DNA of 64,000 bases from Aplysia californica (taxonomy: Eukaryota), in assembly GCF_000002075.1 (NCBI RefSeq), contig NW_004797316.1, forward strand, positions 190,201 to 254,200, in the 5' to 3' direction. The notes under the pieces are model-generated. The model made no database searches. It was given only the letters and a program-made list of their open reading frames with translations, and was not told the DNA's origin. Positions within the stretch are counted from its first letter, which is position 1. Each line of letters begins with the position of its first letter. The translations under genes and the position numbers were made by a program. Shown here one piece after another: positions 51,591 through 63,479 of the stretch.

Positions 51591-51818
51591 TCGCTGCTCA
51601 TAGCGGAGGTTGCACCGCTCTAATCCTACAGGAGGGGCACGTCCATTCTGCGGTAATGCGTCTTCCACCTGTGGCCTAAATAAGGTAAGGGAGGGGGGGG
51701 TTTAGCTTATTTAGGCCATATGTCTTGTAGCCTCTATGCCTTTAGTATCTCTAACTGTTTGCCAATGAAATTATCTGTGTTCACTTCATGAGACTGGATG
51801 CTATAAGTAATCAGAATT

Positions 51819-51990
51819 AGTGTTAGTAGAGGTTTTACGGCACTCGCAACTGCATAAGGTCATATGAATGCCAGAAGATTAGAGGTGTTACAAGAGAGTA
51901 ACAAACATAAAAAAGAAGAAGGGGAGATACGATAGATGTTTGATAGGAAAGGAGAAGCAAACCACACCAGGGCACCCACCAACCACCCAC
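51819..51990 (-). mobile_element. Short retroposon family C copy
   Basis: Same 5' start gtgggtggttgg and same tail; flanked by taatcaga(a/g)tt. Confidence 0.7.
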
Positions 51991-52922
51991 TAATCAGAGT
52001 TTTAAAATCCTTTGTAAATTCCTCTTCAGGTTTGCAGATATATATTATTCTACTAGGCCAACTATCATCACTGCCACCAGACACAAAGACAATCAGTGAC
52101 AGAGTGTCACAGAGGAAATCACAAGTCTTCAATTCTAATTTAGAAGGCCGGCTCTATTTCTCTGAACGCTCGGGAAAATAAACTTGAACTCTATATCTCT
52201 GAACGGTTCTTTGTGAACGGAGTGGCGCGCGTGTGTGTGTGTGTGCATGTGTTTTTGTGTGTGTGTGTGTAAGGTGTGAACGTGGGGCGGCGTGGAGTGA
52301 TTATTTTTTTTTGTGATTTAGTTTTTGCTTTAGGGGTGACTAAATGCCGAAGTCAAGCAGTCTTGTTTTCTTGCAGTACCTTTTGTAGGCATTTGCAAAT
52401 GAAGTACAATGTATAGTCCAGGAACGTTGCCCCAACTATGACTGAAGTATCAGAATATTCAGACAACTAAAAATTTCGGTGCTTTTTCGGTAGTTCCCAC
52501 CCCCCTTATTTGAGCCTAGATCTACATCTAGATTTCAAGATCTAGATCTATACGTTAGATCTATACGTTTGATGCGTGGCGAGCTAAGATATCAAACCTA
52601 AAAACTGGACCCCCTGAAACCCCCCACCTTATTCCCCTGAAACCCCCCTACTCTTGGGGCCAAAACCGGTGAATAACAATTGCGGGGTGGGAACTACCGA
52701 AAAAGCGCCAAAATACTAGCTCTAGAAATTGAATTTGATGAAAAAAAAATGCTTCTTCCCAGTCCTCGCATAATGGTAGAATGAAAGATGACGCCGAACT
52801 CTCGCAAATAGCCAATAAAACTCGAGAATGGAAACCGTTCGCAGAAATGGTCACTTCGAATTTAGAATACCAAGGAAAAGTAAAAGAGAAAAAAATCTCT
52901 TGAATTCTTGTTTTCATCACTA

Positions 52923-54009
52923 CAGTAGTCTCCGCCTAAACGCATGGTGCTCGGGAGGGCTCTTCAGCGTGTTTATACGGAGCATGCGTTTACATGAACC
53001 TTTGCAAAGGGAGGAAGGGACGCAGTCATTTCATTGCCTTGATATTCTAATGACCTCCCTTTCGGGTGAGGGTCAATTTTTGCCGATAATGTGACGACAC
53101 GTGACTGTTTTGTGAAGGATTCCCCGACTGCGGTTATGACTACAAAGGCGTTGAATGGGGGGGGGGGGGGGGGGGGGGGGGGGGGAGAAAGACAGTCTCA
53201 ATGTAAATTAATGTAATGAATGATGCACTATAAAACGTCTTGAACAGCTAAGAGGAAACTGTTGGAGATAGTCATAAATCTAGTCATAGAGACGACAGCG
53301 CGGCCACGTGGCTTTCCAAGCGATCACCCCCTGACCGTAAATTCACGGACGACATCAGAATCATAGATCTCTATATTCAAAAGAAACATTTCTCTTGTGA
53401 TTCGTTGAACGAGCGCAACTGACTAGGCTTACTTGGCTAATCTTAAACCCTACTGAGGCCTATCTAGTGTTTTACGGCATTCACTTTCACGCGTGTTGCG
53501 CATCAGGCCTAGGTTTAACTAAACATTACACGCAGTCACAAAAACACCAGTCAGAAATCTTCTCTCAAAAGATGCATTTCCAGTGACCAATCAAAAAAAA
53601 GTTCAGTCCCCCAACCGCGCCCGCCCCCCTCCCCGACCAGCCCTAGACCGAGAACCAGACCTAGATATAGAAATCTAGACCTATGTGTCTGTAGTCTGTG
53701 GAAAATTGGGTGTGAAAACGTTGTCCATCCCTCTCTTTGTCGTTGTTCCGCGTGAGGGGCACTCTCACCCGGTTTTCTTGGCTTGTCTATGCAAACTGGG
53801 CAGGTTGTAGTGAAAATTTCCCCTTGTCAAGCTTTAACCTGTCGGCGTGTTTCGCGGATCGGAGCGTGCGTTTAGAGGGAGTGACCGTGCGTTTGCACGT
53901 CTAAATTATATAGATCTAGATATAGTACTAAAAAACCGGTCAGATGACGAAAGCGTGCGTTTGAGCGGAGCGTGCTTTTGTATGGCGTGCGTTTAGGCGG
54001 AGACTACTG
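52923..54009. mobile_element. pogo/Tigger-type non-autonomous element
   Basis: Perfect 22-bp TIR cagtagtctccgcctaaacgca, TA duplication, subterminal cggagcgtgcgttt repeats. Confidence 0.88.
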
Positions 54010-54123
54010 TACAACAAACCTAGATCCTAGATTAGATCTAGATCTAGATAATCTAGATCTAGAATCTAAATGATGTGGAAGAGGGTATCTCCTCGCTTGC
54101 ACTGTAGAATTCTGAGCGCTTAC

Positions 54124-54460
54124 TTCTGTCAATGTATTTGCTGCGGCAAGTCAGAGTTCGTCGAGGTTTACAAGATCTCCAGCAGTGCAGTTAGATAAAG
54201 TCTACTCAACACACAGGCTTAGAAACGATTCATTAATAAATATGTCACAATAGTCCCCGAAAACAAATCGTTCCCTTTCCACACTTCTTTGAATAATGAG
54301 GCAAAGTGTTGTTTATTGATCGCAAACCAGCTGACCTCTTTTTCCATGGAGTCAACGTCTACTAATGTTGTTTATTGACAACTGAGTGTGCTCGTCCGGT
54401 CCAGCTGTTGCAAAATAAAATTGCGAGGATAAAAAGTTTCTTGCATCTTCCGGTCTCATG
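54124..54460 (-). promoter_or_regulatory. Candidate SNX16 non-coding first exon and promoter
   Basis: Donor AA|gtaagc at 54123; splicing to 43361 puts an in-frame TGA upstream of ATG 43354; ETS-type CCGGAAG at 54447-54453; no recognisable repeat in the segment. Confidence 0.4.
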
Positions 54461-54885
54461 AGTTTTTTCTTGGTTGCTTCCCCTGTATGGCGATTTATCA
54501 AAATTAGCCTATTATTTATTATTTTTTAAAATAAGGACATATTGTTAAAATCAAATTGCTAAAAACAGCTAGAAACATTTTTAAAGGCACACAGAACACA
54601 CAACTTTTCCTCCAATCAACTGTTATCACTATCCCCCCCCCCCCCCGAGTGCATTAGTAAGGTTAGGCTATTGAAAACATTCGTCAATAGCGGATGTTTC
54701 AAATTCAAGGCAGAATATTATCCAACGTTGGCGTTGAGGCAAGACAGTTTGAAAGACAGCATTTGCCTTTAAAATTTTGCACATCAATGTGTGGTCATGC
54801 ACCTGTGATTTTGGGTCTTCCTCTGAATTGCCTATGAACTTAGGGCCATAATTGAGAGAATGCGTCAATTAATTTGATTCATAAT

Positions 54886-54889
54886 ATAT

Positions 54890-54971
<82 letters not shown>
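54886..54971. repeat. (TTTA)n(TTA)n microsatellite
   Basis: Direct reading. Confidence 0.9.
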
Positions 54972-54975
<4 letters not shown>

Positions 54976-55004
54976 TTTTATAAATATTTTTTTTTTTTAA
55001 AAAT

Positions 55005-55037
<33 letters not shown>

Positions 55038-56791
55038 ATTAGACTACATTGTATATTATAACTGGAGAGGCACTTAAGATTTCCAAGGCGTACAATCATC
55101 TATACATGTCAAAAGAAATATATATTGGTGCAATGTTTCATAACAGTTTGTAGGCCTAGATCTATATCTTTTTGAGATACCTGTAGTTTATAGTGAGGTA
55201 AAAAATTCGTGACGCAACTAGTTTGTCCCCAAACATGCTCTTTAACGGGTGAGATCAGTATCACCCATACTTTGCACAGCAGTTTATATCAGTTTGTCTA
55301 AACTTAATCATATTTTTCCACATAAATTGAGGGTTGATTTAAAAAAAAAAACTTTTCTTCATAAATTTATATAAAATACTGTAAACATCCATCACGCGGA
55401 AAATGGGATTGTTCACAGCACTTAATTATTCATGCCCGACACACGTTTTTGAAAACGCAAATATATTATTGCCTACGTCACAGCTTACCAATGACGTCCA
55501 TAATATTTTGTTAATTTCAAAACTTGTTACAAAGAATAAATTTCATAATGAACACGCGTCATCTTAAAGGTTTTTTTGCTCTAAAAGTTCACAAAACATG
55601 TGTTCAATAAACATAATATTCAATATATAGTCGCGATTAGAAAAAAAAATGACGCAGATCGATCTACTTTCTTTTTAAATATTGCCCCAGCTATAAAACC
55701 GTTTTATTAAGACAAGATCTGCAGAAACCAATCACTTTGATTTTTAATTAGTAGGCCTAGTTATTAAGGAATTTTCTAGAATACAATTCCAGCAGATGTT
55801 TATAAAAACATCGATCTATTAAGACAATTGATACAAACCATTGTGCAAAAGCTGGAGAGTCTATGTTCAATAGTTCAGGAAATATTTCACCATACATGTA
55901 TTTAAGCTGCGCCCCGATTTTTTTTACCTAACTATAGAACGCTACAGGCCTACCCGAGGTAAGAATCCTTAAGAATGAATACTGAAAACTCGCCAAAAAT
56001 AGAGAGTACCTCTGCTTGGCTGAAACGAACACTATTAATTCCGATATTTGCATTTCAGCCTAACATTTATTGCTTCGTTTAGTACATTTATTCACCCTTG
56101 GGCAAATGAAAGTAAGGATAGGATTTCTGAAGTCAGAAGTGAACAAATTTTCCCCAAAAGTTGATTTAAATTCCAGTTGTTGACCTTATAAATCCATACC
56201 TAATTGGTCAGAAAAATAAACAGCTACCATGCTTACTTTAAAATTTAACCTTGTGTACAAGTGTCCACACCTTAAGATGCAGAGAAACACAGGGTTTGAT
56301 ATGAGTGGAAAAAAAAAACCAGACCTAAAAACTTAGAAACCTCCCAAAATAATGAAGCCAATTAACTCCCTTTCTTACCCTCTTAACCTGACTTTAAATT
56401 TTTTAAATTTTTTTAAAAATCAATGTAGCCTTTCGCTTCACAAAAGGTTGGAATGGGAAAGAAAATCAGGAGGTAATTAAAACGGAATACTCGTATAGAG
56501 ACGTACAAAATATGCCACTCTAACTTGTAGCCTACACAGTGGAGAAGACCTTTACTTTATCCTCATCTTTATGGACTATTCCGGATTTGGTCTCAGAATA
56601 GGCTATAATTTGAAGAAGAACTCGGTCATCAGTAAGGGTATCATGGTACCGGTAGGCCTATTAAGTTTCCACAGAAGGACAGTAGTGTCAATAATTTTAG
56701 AGAAGTACACCCAGACAAACCCGTCGGTATGCGGTATGTAGAGGCCTCCCCCTTTCGCAAAACATCCACACAAAAAAAACCAACAAAAAAA

Positions 56792-56792
<1 letters not shown>

Positions 56793-56849
<57 letters not shown>

Positions 56850-56870
56850 ACACACACACACACACAACAC
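56793..56870. repeat. (CA)n microsatellite
   Basis: Direct reading. Confidence 0.95.
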
Positions 56871-58400
56871 AATGACAATGACAATCTTTATTCATCTCGT
56901 AGGGAGAAATTTGTCTTGGTCGTTAACAATGGCAGTAGACGTTACAAAAGTTAGACTCACGCAAACGCACAACAAGACAGGACATAAGCCAAGTAAATGC
57001 ATATCTCACGTGCTGGGANNNNNNNNNNNNNNNNNNNNNNNNNNNNNNNNNNNNNNNNNNNNNNNNNNNNNNNNNNNNNNNNNNNNNNNNNNNNNNNNNN
57101 NNNNNNNNNNNNNNNNNNNNNNNNNNNNNNNNNNNNNNNNNNNNNNNNNNNNNNNNNNNNNNNNNNNNNNNNNNNNNNNNNNNNNNNNNNNNNNNNNNNN
57201 NNNNNNNNNNNNNNNNNNNNNNNNNNNTGTGTGTTCAGTAACCTCACTGCAGTTGGTACGAATGGATTTATATATATGTCTATTCCTGCTTTTTTTGAAA
57301 TGTATCGTTTACTGCAGATCGATAGTTGAAATTCCGATGCCAGTGGGTGGCTATGGTCACTAAGCATTATTTCCGCCTTGTCTTGTGCAGATATTCAAAG
57401 TTACTTAGCTCTCTACCAATTGTTCTTGATGCCTTTCTTATCAACTTGTTTATTTTTATGTGTTGCCTTCCCAAATTGCTACCATAGCAAGTGATACCAA
57501 AATTTATCAGTTTCTATTGTGGTGGAGTAGAATATCTGAAGGATGGATAGATTCATATTGAAAGACCTAAGTTTCCTGAGAAAGTACAGCCTCTGATTTA
57601 CTTTTTAAACGATATTGTTTACGTGGTTTTGCCATGCAAATTTGTTGTCGATTGTAAGACCAAGGTATTTGTATGAATCCGTGATTTCAATTGTTTTTTG
57701 TTCAATTACGAGTAGTGGGATTGTTTGTTTTTCTCTTCTAAAATCAAAAATAATTTCCTTTGTTTTTGAGAGGTTCACTTTAAAAAAATTTGAATTGCAC
57801 CATTAAAAAATATACATATTTTTTCGAAATACTCTTTTTCATCAAGGTTTATTAATCCAATTGTAGCGGAGTCATCTGCAAACTTAATTAAGCGTGTTGT
57901 TTTATATATTTTTCTATGATCGTTGGTTTATATTGTATACAAAACTGGTGACAAAACACACCCCCGAGGACGGCCGGTGTTACAAAGAATTGTGTCAGAT
58001 TTTGTGCAGCTTCACATATTATTGTGGTCTGCCTGTCAAAAATTGCAGTACCCATGCTGCGATATGATGACTAACTCTCAGACTCAGAAGTTTTCAATGG
58101 CAATATGCGGTTGAATTGTATTAAATGCTGAGGAAAAATCAACAAAAAGTACCCTCGTATACGTTTTAGATGTTTCAAAGTGTTTCAGTATAGAGTCACA
58201 AAAAACAAGTACAGTATCATCTTCGTTTCTCTCTTGTTTGTATGCAAACTGGAAGGGATCTAGATTTCCATGAACACAACCTAGAATATTTGAGAGGATC
58301 AATTTTTCGAGGCACTTGAAAGCAATGGATGTAAGAGCGACTTGTCTTAAGTCATTTAATTAATATATTTTAGGCTTTTTTTGGTATTGGTATTACCTCC
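56871..58400 (-). mobile_element. Degenerate Rex1/Babar-like LINE 3' portion, spanning a gap
   Basis: LRQVALTSIAFKCLEK, LDPFQFAY, RVLFVDFSSAFNTIQPH, KFADDS, YKYLGLTIDNK, RLYFLRKL, FVPTAVRLLN; 3' end caaatttctc..aataaag(attgtc)n. Confidence 0.8.
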
Positions 58401-58699
58401 GACTTAAAGTAAATACAACACAACACAAACGAAAACAAAAAAGGAAGAAATACAATTCCTCTCCCAACAAAACAACAAAGTACAACCGCTCCTAAAAGAT
58501 TATTGAGATGTAATTATTTTTCAAACTTCAACACGATATAGTTCCTGGTGGCACAGACAAGCGGAGTCATCTCGCTTTTTAAATAGTCTACATTGTGTCA
58601 GAAGTGTAAAGCACAAAGACGTTCAACAAAGACCACTGTAATGCAGTTGGTTAGATCTACACACAGTTTGACCTACGCAAAATCTTGAAATTCAAAATC

Positions 58700-59120
58700 A
58701 GGGATCCGAATTTGTTTTCATCCTTCCAGGAATATTCCCACTAAATTAAATAAAATAAACAAAGGTTGCAGGAGGATGTGCTTGGTGGTGGTGTTGAGCA
58801 GGGGTACACCTTCAACTTAACCAGAAACATCGCGGTAGACCTTCAACTGAACCGGCACCGATTGATTGGTCACACTCTTCTTAGCAAGCTTACACTCAGT
58901 GCTACAAGGCACGTATTGGAAGTCTCGAGGGGAGAGGATACGTGGAGGGCCAAAGAACACTTTACACCATGATATGAATATGCAGACAAGGAGAATCGAG
59001 CACGTTCCTTAAAAACAGCTGGAGAGACTTTCCCGTAATTGTGATGACTGGGGAGAGCTTGTTGGCGGCGTACGCCCCGCAAGGGTTTCTATGCCGAATG
59101 GAAGTGTAGAAGTAGAAGTG
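58700..59120 (+). mobile_element. Degenerate RTE-clade LINE 3' fragment
   Basis: LIGHTL..SATRHVL, RGERIRGGPKNTLHHD, QLERLSRN..W resemble the RTE C-terminus WIGHTLR..GKRKRGRPKNTWRR..LERLAQDR. Confidence 0.6.
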
Positions 59121-59488
59121 CTGTGTCGAAGAAAAGACTGAAGTCTTCAGCACTTTCATATCAATGTGACTGAAAAATAATATAGGACTTCTTCAACAAG
59201 GGAAGATACATGTGTATATTTCGTACTAAGTGAACGGCTTCTCTTACTTTCTTCACCAGCCTTTCGATGTGTTTGACCATCTGGTTATTAGGATACCACA
59301 TGAAAGCGTTTAAGAGTTGATAAATATAATATAATCTCATAGCTGCATTACTTTTATCTAGAGCTATTAAACGTTTCTTAAAAAGCAATAACACGTTTCT
59401 CAAATGTGCTTTAATCATCCAAATAATATGTTTGTACGGTAGAAGTATTTAATTTCAGTCTCGTACATACACACAATATATTGTAAGG

Positions 59489-59786
59489 AGGGCTCTCGTG
59501 ACCTAGAGGTTAAGGTGTTCGCTTCTCATTCAAAGGTCCCAGGTTCGAATCCAGGTAGCGACGGGCAATCTTTCTATCTAAAGTTGTCTCCTTTCACCTC
59601 CTTTCCTGCTCTCTAGCCATATTCTGTCGTCTGCTTTTGTTTCCACTTCCTTTGCCCCCTCCTCGGGGCACCCGACTCTATCTGCAGCCTTTCCACTGCT
59701 TCTCCTTGACTCCTTCTTACTACTGTCTTTCAGCCACACAGCATAGCCTTCTCGGGCGAAAAATCTTGGAGGTCCAGTGTGCAAGT
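59489..59786 (+). mobile_element. 3'-truncated SINE family A copy, inverted and abutting the full copy
   Basis: tgacctagagg A box, ggttcgaatcc B box; body is the diverged reverse complement of ~59933-60288. Confidence 0.8.
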
Positions 59787-60288
59787 TACGGCGCTCGCAA
59801 CTGCATAGGGTCATATGAGCGCGCGGGACACACCTAATATTTTCAGTTGGTAGGAAATTTTGAATTTTGCCCAGGTGGCGGCCGAAGCCCACTCTTATCG
59901 ATTTTAGACCACCAAGGGATCTTTAACGTGCGCAACTTGCACACGGGCCCTCCGAGATTTTTCGCCCTTGTCCGAGAAGGCTAGGTGTAGATCTTTCCTA
60001 CCAGAAGATCAGGTGTGTGGCTGAAAGACAGCAGTAAGAAGAAGCGAAGGGGTAGCAGTAGAAAGGCTGCAGAAAGAATCAGGAGCCCAGAGGAAGGGGC
60101 AAAGGAGGTGATGGGGTGGGGACAGAAAGAGGAGACGAAAGCAGACGACAGAACATTGCTAGAGAGCAGGAAATGAGGTGAAAGGAGACAAATTTAGAGA
60201 AGAACATTTTTCGGTCGCTACCCGGATTCGAACCCGGGACCTTTTGAATGAGAGGCCAACACCTTAACCTCTAGGCCACGAGAGACCC
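59787..60288 (-). mobile_element. Full-length tRNA-headed SINE family A (Nin-domain-like core)
   Basis: A box tggcctagagg, B box ggttcgaatcc, gcacgttaaagatccc motif, tail gcgctcatatgaccctatgcagttgcgagcgccgtaa. Confidence 0.8.
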
Positions 60289-60799
60289 CATATATTTGTC
60301 TAAATTCAGAAATGAATAAATCCAGAATCGGGCTCCGTCATGGGGACCTATCTATCTTTTTGCAGGTCCATGCCAACTCTCAACTCTGCAGCTGTCGTAG
60401 TTTTATGGAAAAAGTGACACATGTGTTTCTAAGTTGCCAAATATATAATAGATATACAATATAAATGTGTATATGTATTTCGATGCACCTATTTATAATT
60501 CGTATTTTACTAGATTTGTGGAATAGGAACGAATTAGATCTTTAAAAATTTTAAAATAACGATATGATAATCGTCTTTGATATGTGTAGCTCTAGTAAAA
60601 AGACTGGGCCCCAAATGTAAGGAAGATGACGTTAATTTTCATTAACACCCTCCGCCCATCCCCCTCCCCCATCCACACACACATACTTGTTCGCTCCTCA
60701 CAACTAGAGCGAAAACTACCGCCTCTCCCACCGGAACACTCTCCATGCTGACTCCCCCCTCTCTCTCCCCCCCCCTCTCTCTCTCCTTCGCTACCTGCA

Positions 60800-61010
60800 T
60801 CAATACCGTGTCATGGTTAGACCCCTAATAGCTGCAAGTGAAAGACATGAGTTCGATTCCCACGGGGAAAGGGGGGGGGGGGGTCTGTTCTATCAAGTAT
60901 CTTCTCCTTCCGGATAGAATACTGTTTCCCACTCAGTTCGGGTTGGTTGTAACAGGCAGGGTCGAAGCAGTCAGCCTATACATTTCGATAAATTAATGTC
61001 GATTCGGTCG
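60800..61010 (+). mobile_element. Old tRNA-headed SINE-like remnant, related to 22985-23110 (-)
   Basis: gagttcgattccc B box; shared gatagaa..cccactcag..ttcgggt..gaagc..ctatac. Confidence 0.35.
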
Positions 61011-63479
61011 CAACACCTTGCGTACACTGCAGAAATCCCTATTAAATGTGGTTTGACACAATAATTTTATTGAGGGTGGTCAGATTTTTCTTTGCGGATT
61101 AGCAAAAACTGCCAATTTTAACGCCGTTTGATTACGTCCTCCAAAATCATTTAGAGTCACGATGGGGTTCATTTGATGAAAACTGCGCCAAGTAGCCAAT
61201 CAGAAGGCTATCGAGTGTTATATTATTATTATGACACAACGGGGTCAGATCCTTTTAATTGCGGGCGGAATGCGATAGAAGGTCCTTATGGACTTCGTGG
61301 CCAAAATAAAGAAAAGTAGTGGCGAGTTGTTGTATTTGATGGTGTACATTGGTCAATGCCATCTCCCAACCCGATCATCCAGATCAGGTTTTTAAAAATG
61401 GTCAACAGACATTCGTTCTAAACTATTTACCCCTAATCCTTATCCTTCTACCCCTCTTTTTTCTGGATGAGGAAACAAGTTAATGTAGGCCTATCTTCCC
61501 TTCGTCATTTCTGTCTGTCGACTCAGAAGAGTCTTTCTAAATTTTCTTTTAAGCAATTTGTGATCTCGATGTGTTTCTCTTAACTTGAGCTGCAAAAATT
61601 CACCAACACCGATACTCATTTTTTTTTCCTTCAAAGATTTATAAACAATATTCACTGTCAGTGACGCATTTGCCTCGTGGCTCTGAGACATAAGCTTATC
61701 ATGCCATGTCTGTCCCCGAAGGATAGAGACAATGACTTTTTGTCCCCCCCCCCCTCCCCCCCTNNNNNNNNNNNNNNNNNNNNNNNNNNNNNNNNNNNNN
61801 NNNNNNNNNNNNNNNNNNNNNNNNNNNNNNNNNNNNNNNNNNNNNNNNNNNNNNNNNNNNNNNNNNNNNNNNNNNNNNNNNNNNNNNNNNNNNNNNNNNN
61901 NNNNNNNNNNNNNNNNNNNNNNNNNNNNNNNNNNNNNNNNNNNNNNNNNNNNNNNNNNNNNNNNNNNNNNNNNNNNNNNNNNNNNNNNNNNNNNNNNNNN
62001 NNNNNNNNNNNNNNNNNNNNNNNNNNNNNNNNNNNNNNNNNNNNNNNNNNNNNNNNNNNNNNNNNNNNNNNNNNNNNNNNNNNNNNNNNNNNNNNNNNNN
62101 NNNNNNNNNNNNNNNNNNNNNNNNNNNNNNNNNNNNNNNNNNNNNNNNNNNNNNNNNNNNNNNNNNNNNNNNNNNNNNNNNNNNNNNNNNNNNNNNNNNN
62201 NNNNNNNNNNNNNNNNNNNNNNNNNNNNNNNNNNNNNNNNNNNNNNNNNNNNNNNNNNNNNNNNNNNNNNNNNNNNNNNNNNNNNNNNNNNNNNNNNNNN
62301 NNNNNNNNNNNNNNNNNNNNNNNNNNNNNNNNNNNNNNNNNNNNNNNNNNNNNNNNNNNNNNNNNNNNNNNNNNNNNNNNNNNNGGAAAAAGGAGGAAAA
62401 AAAGAGAAGAAAACGGAACAAAAATAGAGATAAAACAGAAAACGCATCCCCTGAATACCCCCCCTCCCCCCAAAAAAAGCCTAAAAGAGCAAAACAAATA
62501 CCCTCACTCCCCCAACCCACCCAAAATTAAAATAAATAAATCAATAAATAAAGAACCAGGCTTGTTCGCCAAAAGCATGTTATATACAGCAACAGCCCAC
62601 GGGACACAGCGAAACACATGCGTAGATTCAACAACATGGTTTTTTCAATTTTGTCCAAACGAGACAACAATCCTGCTTCAGGTACTGCACTAGATCTAGG
62701 ACCAACTTAAAAATATTACACTATAATAATTGTTGCGAAGTCTAAAACTTGCGAGGCTGTCTTCCCCAGTCACAATGACAGACGTCAAATATGGACTGTG
62801 GCTACAATGTTTGCGACCAGCAATAATGTAAATCTTCCTCAAGCCAACATGTTCCACCATTGCAGCTACAACTCTCTACGAGTTGTGGCTTTTGCAAGTC
62901 AAAACACAGCTGTGTGCCTGGTCGAGTAGCCAGCGTGTTCTTTCATCTTGGTTGGAAAAGTTTCACAAAGAAATGTCTGTTGATACATGAGAAGCAAACA
63001 CACCTCTAAATACTGGTACTTCTACGACCCGCTCGAATGTCATGACATCAAATACACAGTTCTATATTGGATCTAATGGACGCTGCAAGCCTTGGTGTTT
63101 GTTTGACAAAACAACCTCACGCTAAAACAAAACGATTTGAAAGTTTCGCGTTCGTAAAATTGACCCTTCATCCAATGGGACACTGCCAGCACACGTGACA
63201 AACAAGAAGGCTTAGTAAATGCCAAGAGAGTAGTAACTTTAATTGTTTATTTGTTTGTTGAAGGAAAAACCTTTTAAAGGATTACGAAAGTATGAGTTTA
63301 AAGATCAGACTATCTTCCCTGGGCACATCAAAGCCAAATAATACTTAATACATGTAGGCCTACTTAAATTGTGACCTTTGTTTTTTTAGTACAGTACAGA
63401 GGATCTGCCTGAGGTAGTAATATCATTTACACTTCCTGTCTGAGTCGGAACCCGAATGACGACAAAAATGGGCTCATAG

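Larger units (their letters stand above)
47864..51668 (-). mobile_element. Ingi/I-group-like LINE, 5'-truncated and frameshifted (APE-RT-RNase H-zinc finger)
   Basis: APE LQWNIRGL..ICLQETWL; RT YRPISLTS, QSGFR, GVPQGSVLSP, YADD; RNase H WTDGS, AELVAL, TDS, WIPGHAG; CRAC..ETMDHVFLRCP; (GA)n tail. Confidence 0.92.
43821..51723. mobile_element. Long copy of the same MULE-type family with nested SINE, foldback array and LINE
   Basis: 43821-44980 nearly identical to 32761-33552 apart from the SINE; TIR modules at 47770-47863 and 51666-51723; right terminus clipped. Confidence 0.8.

Noticed and set aside
51208-51668. Repetitive Trp/Cys- or His-rich host proteins in the ORF track
   Set aside because: Translations of a 24-bp minisatellite inside a LINE.
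59489-59562. tRNA genes at 59489 (+) and 60288 (-)
   Set aside because: Both are heads of SINE family A with long shared downstream bodies.
61491-62693. Long ORFs of 231-338 aa, and similar ones at 39889-40359 and 56872-57367
   Set aside because: Artefacts of N-gaps with no stop codons.
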